A stretch of DNA of 64,000 bases, from contig JARFYF010000017.1 of NCBI GenBank assembly GCA_030265395.1, positions 19,526,768-19,590,767 on the forward strand, in the 5' to 3' direction. A model generated the notes under the pieces. The model did not search any database. It saw only the letters and a list, made by a program, of their open reading frames with translations, and was not told where the DNA came from. The stretch comes from Rhina ancylostomus (lineage: Eukaryota). How positions within the stretch are numbered: position 1 is the first letter of the stretch; every line of letters starts with the position of its first letter. Shown one piece after another: positions 50,290 to 60,365 of the stretch. The position numbers and the translations under genes are program-made.

Positions 50290-50560
50290 TTGTGCAAAGT
50301 CCAATTCAGTGAATGAGCATAAAATCTATGCTGGCTTTTCACTGCAGTGCTGAAGAAGTGCTGCATTGTTAGAAATGTCCTTGCTAATACTTAACCTGCA
50401 ACAAACATAACAACAACAAAATAAGAGATTACCTGGCACTATTAGATTGCTGGTTGTGGGATTGCACTATGTGGAACTGGGCTGTTGTGCATTCTACTTT
50501 GTCACAGAGATTATAATACTGTAAGAAGTTAATTGGCTGTAATGTGCTTCAGGATGCTCA
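50290..50560 (+). mobile_element. DeuSINE relic
   Basis: 'tgagcataaaatctatgctg..cactgcagtgctgaagaagtgctgcattgttaga', 'agattacctgg...attgctggttgtgggat', 'taattggctgtaatgtgcttcaggatg'. Confidence 0.7.
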
Positions 50561-50764
50561 CATGTCTTTCTTCACTGTAGTAATATGGTTGACTTTAATG
50601 TTTGCTCGAATGGACAGGTTGGGTTTTTTGCTAACATCTTACCCAAGGACTGTAGATTTGTCAAAATGGCACTCATGTAATATATAGCCTGCGTTATTTG
50701 GAGTCAATCTTCTGTCCATGGAACATCTGATTCTGAGATATTGAGTTCTGAGATTTTTAGTTGG

Positions 50765-50875
50765 GGTTCTGATAAAGGGTCTTTGACCTGAGATGTCAAT
50801 TCTGTTTCTCCTTCCACAGATGCTGCCTGACCTGCTGACTGTGTCCAAGATCTTCTGTTTTTATTTGAGATTCCT
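50765..50875 (+). mobile_element. Penelope pLTR-derived repeat with decayed hammerhead motif
   Basis: CTGATAA-AGGGTC-TTT-GACCT-GAGA-TGTC, then 'ccacagatgctgcctgacctgctga'. Confidence 0.8.
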
Positions 50876-50925
50876 CTTGTAATCTGATGGTGACCAAGTC
50901 AGCTCTCAGGCAGCATGGATTTAGG

Positions 50926-51002
50926 AGAACATAAGAAATAGGAGCAGGAGTAGGCCATACAGTCCCTACAATCTGCCCTGACATTCAGTAAGATAATGGC
51001 AT
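50926..51002 (-). mobile_element. CR1 3' tail fragment
   Basis: 'agaacataagaaataggagcaggagtaggccat...cattcagtaagataatggc' is the reverse of the tail at 24440-24516. Confidence 0.75.
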
Positions 51003-51359
51003 AAGTTCTGTAGTCAGCAACTCCCCTTTAGTCCAAAATGATCACTGTGGGCTTTTATTTCATATCTGATCTTACCATCTTTGACTTGAGCATCTTGCTG
51101 CCTATTTTGGAACACTATTTATTTCTGTATCATGGTAGACTCATCATTGTAAACCAAAGCAGAAATGTTGAGAAAGTAAATAATTTTCTAGATGAGTTGT
51201 CTTGAACTGATTTGGTTATGAAGTTACCAGCAAATACTCTGTAACTCTTGTCAGTTCGAGCATATTACTGCATTTTTCAGTCATATTTTCTTGGTAATGT
51301 CCATATTTAATCTGAAACAGTGCTTCTCAAGGCTAACTCATCTCAAAGTCAGATTGCAT

Positions 51360-51470
51360 ATAAAGCAGAATGTGCTGGAGATTCTCAGCAGGTTAGGCAA
51401 CATCTGTGGAGAGAGAAATGATTAACATTTCAAGTCAACGATCTTTCACCAAAATTGGAAAAATGTTGAA
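51360..51470 (-). mobile_element. Penelope pLTR-derived repeat
   Basis: 'gctggagattctcagcaggttaggcaacatctgtggagagagaaa..ttaacatttcaagtc...ctttcacca'. Confidence 0.75.
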
Positions 51471-52369
51471 CTAAAACAAGTGAATAATTTTATGTTGCTG
51501 CCTACTGGCAAGCCAACTGGTCACAAAGGATGAAGTGACAGTCGAGCTCGGTCATTACCCAATGATGAAGTGGTGGCTGGAAGCCAAGTGCATAGTTCTT
51601 CCTGGTTGGCTGGGACACATATCATGCTGCAGCTCAGTGTCTACATTCTGTGCATCTCCCAACCATCAAGAGGAAGACCTCTGATTGGTCAGATGCTATG
51701 TAAATATTTTAGAATGTTAAATGATAACATATTTTTGCAGATGAATGGAACTTCTGTAATAGCATGAATGGAATAAAATAAATAGAAACACTGTAAATTG
51801 CTGGGATTGGGCTCAGGGATGGGGTGGGGGTAAGTAGATAAAAACAATGATGTATAACACTTTGGTTTAACTTTTTATATTATCCACAATGTTGATTTTT
51901 CATTAAAGAGGCCACCGCTTTGAAACTACTTTCACACATTTCAGAACTGCATTAAGAATTCAAAATACTTGCATACAAGGAGTGTATGTGGCTTTTTAAT
52001 GGAATTTCCCATCATTACAACCCAGTGATCTACATTTCTGATCAATGAAAATTAAATTGCTTTAGTTCATCAGCTGCTCATTGCGACTAGACAGAGTCTG
52101 AGTGTTTCCCTGGTGGAGGTTCCAGTAAGTTTGTAATGTGACTTAACCATTTCACTGCTGATAGCAATGAAATTTTATTTCAGCTTTTTCTTTTCAAATG
52201 TTGTCTGCTATATCTCTTACAAATGGTATGAAATTATAACATAATTTAAATTACACAGTTTAAAGGTTACTGCGATCATATGACAGAAGGAGATATGGAG
52301 AAAAATTCTGTGCAAAACTCCTCCCTATTTCTCCTACTTCCTGGAAGGAAGAAAGTCAATGGTCGTACA

Positions 52370-52500
52370 ATACGCCAGAGCTGGAGTAACATGGTTCTTG
52401 GAGCTTTGTAAGGTTGGAGAAGGAGGGATGAGGCCACAGACGGTCACGAACGCAGGACAGGGATTTTAAATTCAATGTGTTGATGGACCAAGAGTCAGCA
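52370..52500 (-). mobile_element. L2 LINE fragment
   Basis: 'gccagagctggag...ggagggatgaggcca...gattttaaattc...accaagagtcag' is similar to 59150-59290. Confidence 0.5.
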
Positions 52501-54420
52501 AATGTAAAAGCAGAAAATGTACTGAGGTGGATTATTAATATATAGCTTATTACTCAGTGGGGCAAAAGTTCATCATTGGTTGCTTGTGCAAAAAAGGGTA
52601 ACATAGTAGTTGCCATGCTGTGCACAGTGTTTTTGAAATTCTGTTCTTTTGGCTTGAGTGGAACAGAATTTCTGAAGGAGAGTACAACATTCAACTGCTA
52701 TAATTTTTTGTGTTTAGTGTAAACAACTTCTTGAACTTACACCTCGGTAACGTGACTGAAATGTATTGCATGTAGTGTAACTGATAGGCCAGTGTGCATT
52801 AAAAGGGCAGTAATGCACCCCTATGTTCATTTAATATCTTAAGTGACAAATGAAGAATTCCTGACACCAGCTAAACCCTGAGATGTAACATCTCTGAATC
52901 ATTTTTAAATTTGTACTCTTTGTTCAGATTTATAATGGTTCGGTCCTGAGATTAAGTTGTATAAACTAAAGTTCTATACGGATGAACTAAAGTGGCACAA
53001 AACTTTTTAAAGAACTGGACTATGGAATGACCTATAAATAACATAGTAAAGTTTAAAATTAATTACATTAAATATGAATTTTAGTGTAATTAACTTAAGC
53101 TAACATATTATGATGCTCTAGCAAGATGCATTGCAATGCACCATATTTATGAATGATGGCAGATGTTTCCCCACTTGTATTTGTAATTATGCCATGAATT
53201 GCATGAAAATATTACAGTGAGTGTATATCTCTTTAATCATCATATTCTGTTAAGATGGAAGCATGCCTGCTGTGGCCCTTCTTCCCACCCAAACAAAGGA
53301 TATTCTGTGAAATACCTATCCATGAAAACAGCTCTCCATTAGCACAGTGGCATGACTGGGAGGTTCTTCAGCAATGCAACAGTGGGCTGTGACAGAGCCC
53401 AAGTACAGTAGTGCACAGTCACTGCTGAATTGAACCAAGAAAATCTTCACATTTTTCTTTCACAATTGCAGTGAAATTATTTCAAGCCTTTAGTATTGCT
53501 TGTCCTGGTTCCTGTATCAGCTAGGTTCCTGTATTCAAGTCCCAAAAAATGTTGGCTGTTTGTGTTGGGTTGAAGCACAAATGCTGTCATTGCTTAAGCA
53601 AGATTAAAACATTCAGTAAATGAATGTCATTTGGGACATAGGAATTAAAGGAGCTAAATCAAGGACTGAACTTCAAGCAATATCCATGTTGTACATTGTG
53701 TGTGTGTGTCCAGATTACTCAAATCAAATTGCAACTAATGACACATACACAAACCTTTGATCCCCACCAACTTGGAAAAGCTGACGCATTTGGTAATTTC
53801 GAGAAGTTGCAGCTTGGGGGCACAGAATATTTGAAAAAATAGCATTCTTTCAAGAAAGATTGAGATGAGTCATTAAGCCATCAGTATGTAGAAAAGAAAT
53901 TATGAAAAGTATTAATAAATTTGAAATCAAAGGCACACATGCAGGATTTGCACCAGCATCTGAAAGATGGAGGAATGCTAAAGGTTTTTGATATGATCCC
54001 ACAGAACTTGAGGAAAACCAAGGATAGTTTGGAACATGAGTAAAGTTTAACCCTGAGGCAGTTGTCCTTGATATCACACTGAAGTAAACCATGGGTGCTG
54101 TGAAAGCCTGCTTCTGTATGAATAGTCTGCTGATGGCAAATTATGGTAATAGCATCTGGACTGTGTTGTATGTTACTATACATACCTGGGGTTTCTTGTG
54201 TGCTGATGTATCAGGCAAACTGAAACCTTTGGATGTAGTGTAATTAACAAAAAGTCCCATATTTCAATTATATTTGACATTCCATTGAAATTGAATCACA
54301 CAGCTAGCCAAGTCTGGCACTATACAATATAATTTCTAGGCAGTTATACCATGGAGTTGTGTTTTGTGGCAGGAGAAAATTATTCAAAGTGGGAAGATTG
54401 CCCCTTGCAGCTTTCGAAAT

Positions 54421-56212
54421 GAAGAGCAAAAAATGTTGGAAAAACTTAGCAGGTCAGGCAGCACCTATGGTAAGAGAAGCAGAGTTAATGTTTTATGGTG
54501 GTGATCTTTTCTCAGAACTGGAAAAATCTAAGTTGTAACAGATTTTAATTAAGTAAAGATTGTGGTGGAGAGGGATATTGGATGGTGCAGTGCAAGGAAA
54601 AGCAAGAAGATGTAATAGAGTGGGAAGGAGGAGAAATTAAATGGCAAAAGTGATGATGGTGCAGGGTGAAAAGAAGCATTGAGATAAGTAAAGAAATGGA
54701 AGTTAGATCAAGAGAAGATGAAGACAGCAAAAGTGGAATCATTGCCAGCTCTGGCCATCTGAGAAAATGGAAGCAGTTGTTATGGTCCAAAATGATTGCT
54801 TTTGGAATGCTTCCAAGTGCCTAACTAAATGTTGAGCTACTGTTTCTTAAAGCACATAAAGCCTTAGATTCATCCCATTATGCCATACCCATCTCAATCA
54901 ATTTTGTTCTCAGCACAAAGCTGAACTCTTCTTCCATTGCTTTTGTCTCCCTGGTCACAATCTAGGCTTGGCATCCTCCCACCATGCAGCCTTCCCTTTC
55001 TCGATGCAGCAGAATTCTCATCCCACCTGGCCTCTCCAGATGTTTTCATCGGAAACTGCCAGTGTGGAATTGGCCGCCTCAATGTTAAAACCCCANNNNN
55101 NNNNNNNNNNNNNNNNNNNNNNNNNNNNNNNNNNNNNNNNNNNNNNNNNNNNNNNNNNNNNNNNNNNNNNNNNNNNNNNNNNNNNNNNNNNNNNNNNNNN
55201 NNNNNNNNNNNNNNNNNNNNNNNNNNNNNNNNNNNNNNNNNNNNNNNNNNNNNNNNNNNNNNNNNNNNNNNNNNNNNNNNNNNNNNNNNNNNNNNNNNNN
55301 NNNNNNNNNNNNNNNNNNNNNNNNNNNNNNNNNNNNNNNNNNNNNNNNNNNNNNNNNNNNNNNNNNNNNNNNNNNNNNNNNNNNNNNNNNNNNNNNNNNN
55401 NNNNNNNNNNNNNNNNNNNNNNNNNNNNNNNNNNNNNNNNNNNNNNNNNNNNNNNNNNNNNTCCTCCTTTGCCACTACCATAGACTCTCCCTGCCACAAC
55501 ACCTTTCTATGGTAGTGCAAGAAATGTAATAAACCCCCTTTTGCCTCCTCCATAAAGGTTCCAAACTCTTCTTCCAGATGAAGCAGTATAACAAACTGAA
55601 AGAGCTTCTGTGATCACTGCTCATGATTTGATCTCTTCTGTGTTTGGGAGACCCAATGCAGATTGGTGACCATTTTATGAAGGACCTCTCCTCAGCCCTC
55701 AGCATCTTGTTACTGGCTATATTAATTCTCTGGATACTGTGATCTCTTTATTTGGGTCCACTACCAAAGCTGACTGTAATCTCGAGGAAGAGCATATCAT
55801 CTTTTGATTAGGTATTTGACAGCCTCCTGGTTTCACCATTGCATTCAACTATTTCAGTTCATAACGTTTGACTTTCATTTTTGAGGCAAGCCCAATTGGT
55901 AAAGGTCCTCCTGTTCGAGGTTGAACTTCCTCTGGATGAATCTTATATTTATTTACCTCTCTAACTCAATCCCTTTTCCTGTGCACCTTCATCCCTTTCA
56001 TCACTTAACCTACCAGAAACCTTTAATATAGTTTTTGTTCTTTACCACACCCCATCCTTAACCCTCTGCCTCTGAACTTGCTTAAAACCTGTTGATTCTG
56101 TTTTTTTTCCAGTGAAGGAGAGATCATCGGCCTGAAATGTTATATTTGCTTTTCTCTTTTCCTCCATAGATGCATCCTAATCTGCCAAGAGTTCCATCGT
56201 TTTCTGCCTTCA
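54421..56212 (+). mobile_element. Penelope-like element relic: inverted 3' copy (54421-~54860, minus) joined to a plus-strand body (N-terminal region, gap, GIY-YIG endonuclease, pLTR)
   Basis: 54895-55095 reads like AELFF...DVFIGNC..IGRLN. 55635-55690 'ctcttctgtgtttgggagacccaatgcagattggtgaccatttt' is a decayed LLYIGETxRRLGDRF. 55780-55860 is a decayed LEExHIIF-LG...P.G. The pLTR 'ggcctgaaatgtta...ccatagatgc' lies at 56110-56212 and is mirrored at 54421-54530. Confidence 0.8.
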
Positions 56213-56335
56213 TATAATTTTAGCCATTCATCTACACTTTGGTACTTCGTTTTTGCTATATTAAAAGAATGGGGAATGTAAATTGGAATATAGTATTCAC
56301 AACCTAATGATTAGAGGCAAACAAGAACAGCGAAC

Positions 56336-56338
<3 letters not shown>

Positions 56339-56372
<34 letters not shown>
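56339..56372 (+). repeat. (GT)17 microsatellite
   Basis: Perfect GT run, seen directly. Confidence 0.97.
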
Positions 56373-56374
<2 letters not shown>

Positions 56375-57961
56375 ATATAAACAATATAGGTGATGACAAA
56401 CAGATCAGTAATGGAACCTGAAGAGACAAATTAAAAAGAGGAAAGGGAAGGCAATCTGCTTTCAATGCTCTATCCTTGCCCTACTCCCACAACTACATTC
56501 ATAATTGAAAGGAACATGCATTCTACTTTGTAAAAACACAGTGCCACAGAAAGAGCCAGATTGCCTTCTCTCGTTTTTGCACTTTCAAATTATTTGTTTG
56601 GAACCTAATAAGGCCATTATACATATTTGAATGACCAGAGAAATCTGTACCACACCACTGAAAGGACAGTAATGTTAGCAAAATTCATCTGACCAATTTG
56701 AGCAGAGAAATAGCTTCTTTAAAGGCACATTAATTATTTCTTTAATACTAGCTTCTGAAGTGTACATTAGTTGAGTCCCACTTCATTTAAAAACTGGCAG
56801 CTACTTCAAATTAAATGCACTGTTATTTTCCACAGTATTCTTTCCTATTTTCTCTTCTTTTTAAGTGGCCAGTTTTCATTTTTTTCACATCAGCACCCAA
56901 AGCTCACAGTCAAATGGCCTTGGCATCCATCTCCTTGGCACCCTCCAATACCCACTCCATCTCCTCAATGGGTTCCATATCTGGAACAGGTTTATTCCCT
57001 GTGCTTGGCTCTTTACATTTCTGCTCTTCCCTTTCCTGTAAAGGGAATGATTCATCTGTAAATTTCAGTGAAAATTCTACTTGGCATTCTTTCAACCACT
57101 AAGTAAAAAGAACCATGCTTTTTAATTGTTGAACTGGGAAAAGGTACGGTGTGAATGGAAGCCTTTGTGTTGAACAGCATTAATCAATCTCCTGACACTG
57201 GGCCCCCTTGTAGTCACCTACTGTTTGTATATATTATAAGGCCTAATTACATATCAGCATTGACTGATGGGTGAGCCCTGAGCAGCACCAAGCCGAAGCA
57301 TCAACGTATTGTCAGATCAGTTGAACAATGTCACTTTTCCAGATTAAAAGTCGTGATTACCAAATGCCAGACAGAGCAGCAGCACCAGTAAACTTCAATC
57401 TCTATTCCTGTGTACTTTCCAGTTTGAAGAAGTGAAAAGCTTGTCTGTAGAGAAAGTTGAGTTTTGATGAGCCTGCTTTTCTCACTGTATTTAGGAGCGG
57501 CTTCAATTGTCACTCCTACTTTGTTTAGACTAGGCGTTTGCTGGCTTCCTGCTGGTTGTGAAGCTGTTTATGCTAATAAACTCATTAGTGTTGAAAGCGC
57601 CTGGTCTTTTTAATCAGTGTGTGCAAAGCAAAGCTTGTTTATGTTGACATGCTGCCAGCACTGGCACCCTTTTGCCAAGTGAACAGGACAACTGATGATC
57701 TTCTTGAATATAGAGGGATTGAGCCTTTCAAATGGAAGTCCTAGGCTTCAGTTGTGCTTTTACACTGAATAGCCAAATATAACAAGCCCAGCATATTTCA
57801 CTTCCACTTTAATCTAAGGAAGTTTATATTCTTAAAAAAAACATGGTTGTGGTTTAAGGGAGCATTGCCTCCTGGCTTGCCTCCCACAATCAACCCTCCA
57901 TAAATGTGAGGTCATTCAAAAATTTGCTTCCCTTTCTCTGAACATGCAACAAGGCCCATTC

Positions 57962-58352
57962 ATTTGTTTTCAAACTCCTCCCTGATTTCTTTCCTTATCT
58001 CTGTGATCTTGTCCAGCATGATGTACCTCTGAGTTGTTTGCGCTCCTCTAATTCTGGCTTCTTGACAATCCCTGATTTTAATTCCTCTATCCTCAGTGAC
58101 AATTTCTTCAGCTGCCTTGATAGGGTCTAGGGTCTTGTTATTTCTGCCCTAAACATCAACAAAAGCCTAACAAAACACCCCCACCATTAACNNNNNNNNN
58201 NCCCTCCAGCCCTGCCTCCCTCCCCACCCCACCCTTTACCCTGCTCCTTCAACCTTGTTACCTCCTTGTAGCTTGGTGTCAACTTTTGTATAAGAAAACC
58301 ACTGTGAAGCAACGAGAGATATTTTTGCGCATTAAAGATGCTGTGCAAATCT
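57962..58352 (+). mobile_element. L2 LINE 3' fragment
   Basis: 'gttttcaaactcctcc...ccttatctctgtgatct...ctcctctaattctggc...ttcagctgcct' and tail 'cttggtgtcaact...ctgtgaagc...cattaaagatgctgtgcaaat'. Confidence 0.7.
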
Positions 58353-59104
58353 TTTATTTTCTGGTTGTTGGCCAACTTTGAACATCTCTGCACTCTAGTA
58401 GTCCAGCATCAATAAATGACTCTGCTTTGCACTTTAAATGTTAGCACTGGCAATTGTTTCCTTTTATGTATTTTTTCTTCCTTCGGATTGGAGCTCATTG
58501 TTCAACCATGATAAACTGTACTGAGGGTTAGGAAGATGCCTTGCTTACAATTCCTCACAGTGGAATTCATGCTTGGGATTGGTGACCCAAGTTCTACTAC
58601 TTTCCATCTGCCTTTGTAGACAGTCTATTTGTGTCAATTTTTTTGAATCTCCAGTGAACATGTCTGCCCTTACAACTACCATTCATTGAAATGGTATCCA
58701 TTGATCATAGTCTGTTATGAAAGGGTACCAACTGCAGGTAGCTTGTTTGGTCCTGGCTTCTTGTGAGTGGTAAGTGGTGGATTAAAGTTGCAAAAGTGTG
58801 TTATGCAAATAGTAAATCAGAACATCAGACTTGTATCTTGCTGCTTTAAGGATATTACCTGTCTCCATTTCCTAGTCTTAATAACATTCTCTCAAAATCT
58901 GTCTGTTAAACGATCCTCTCTTCTGTTTGTGTGCTCTGTTTATTCTTCCTCTCAGTAAGATCCATGGGTATTATATTTGAAGCACAAAATAAACAGTGGT
59001 TGATGATCAGGTCTGCTGTATGTGCTTGACATTAGTCGAGTATTAATGCTTCAAACTGAACAGATTTTTGTAGGTTTGATCAATTGCAGGATTCATCAGG
59101 TATT

Positions 59105-59900
59105 GACTTTGGCAGCTGAAAGTATGGTACCAGTGGTGGAGCAATTCAAGGATGGTTAGAACTACTTGAAGGAATCCAGATACTGGGAGAGAATTACAGA
59201 TGCACATGAGTCCATGGACGGATTTGAATACAAAAGTTGCAGATTTTAAAACTGAATCACTGCTTAGCCAAGAGCCCACATAAGTCACTGAACACAGATG
59301 GTACCTGGTAACAAGTTAGGTTCTGGGCAACAAAGGTTTGGATATCCTCGAATTTAGAACAATAGGCAGGTGACTAGGATTGCATAGGAATAGTCAAGTC
59401 TAGATGTAGCTAAGACATGTAGAAGTGTTTTGTCAGCAGATGAGTCAGCACTTGACTCGGCAGATGTTATGGAAAAATAGGGAGTCTTGATGAAGTTCAC
59501 CTCCAAGTTTATCATATCAAATGTACAAATAGTTTGGTTTTGTTTCCGGCAATTACAAAGGAGAGGGATGGAGTGAGTGGCTGCAGACTGGTATCTAATG
59601 GAACCCAAGACATCGGCTTAAGTCTTTCCACTATTTCTTTGTGATTAATTTTTTTGTTTAATTTTGTAGTAGCTGGCCAACTTTGAACATCAACTAGACA
59701 AATGGAATACAGTGGAGGATTCAAGAATGGCAAAGATCAAGCAGAGACGAACATTGCCAGCACACATATGGGAAGTAACATTACACATTCAGACAGTGTG
59801 GTTAAGTGGGAGCATGTTCTTGAGAAAAAGAAAGGAACCAAAGATAGGTGACATGCAAAATTTACCACACTTCCACAGCTACACTCCCAGCATAGCGATT
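59105..59900 (-). mobile_element. L2 LINE RT/C-terminal fragment
   Basis: Minus ORF 59354-59608 contains KTLLHVLATSRLDYSYAIL (L2 motif L.HA.VTSRLDY.N.LL); ORF 59043-59288 contains FVFKSVHG. Confidence 0.8.
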
Positions 59901-60004
59901 TGTTAATATATTTAATTATAAAATATAATTGTATATTAGGCAGCCACTAACATAAGGTAGAGACTCAAGCCACTTTTGAAGTTGAATCTCAACCCACAAC
60001 TTTT

Positions 60005-60279
60005 AAGATATGTTTATTAGTCACATGTACATCGAAACACACAGTGAAATGCATCTTTTGCATAGCATATGTCACCACGCTTCCGGCACCAACATAGCAT
60101 GCCCACAACTTCCTAACCTGTACGTCCTTGGAATGTGGGAGGAAACCGGAGCACCCGGAGGAAACCCATGCAGACACAGGAAGAACATACAAACTCTTTA
60201 CAGACAGAGGCCAGAACTGAACCCAGGTCCCTGGCGCTGTAATAGCACTACACTAACCAGAACACTACCATGCCTGCCC
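60005..60279 (-). mobile_element. tRNA-derived V-domain SINE
   Basis: Same sequence family as 47651-47953: 'ggaatgtgggaggaaaccggagcacccggaggaaaccca'. Confidence 0.9.
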
Positions 60280-60280
60280 T

Positions 60281-60365
60281 TACTGATGCTGCTTGACTGC
60301 ACTGAGTTCTTCTAACGTTCTGTTTTTGTTCTAGATTCCAACATCTGCAGTCTCTTTTGTCTTCA
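60281..60365 (+). mobile_element. Penelope pLTR end fragment abutting the SINE head
   Basis: 'gatgctgcttgactgcactgagttcttc...agattccaacatctgcagtctc'. Confidence 0.7.

Noticed and set aside
59989-60315. Similar ORFs recurring at 47665/47718, 59989/60010 and 63729/63778
   Set aside because: They are translations of V-SINE copies, not a gene family.
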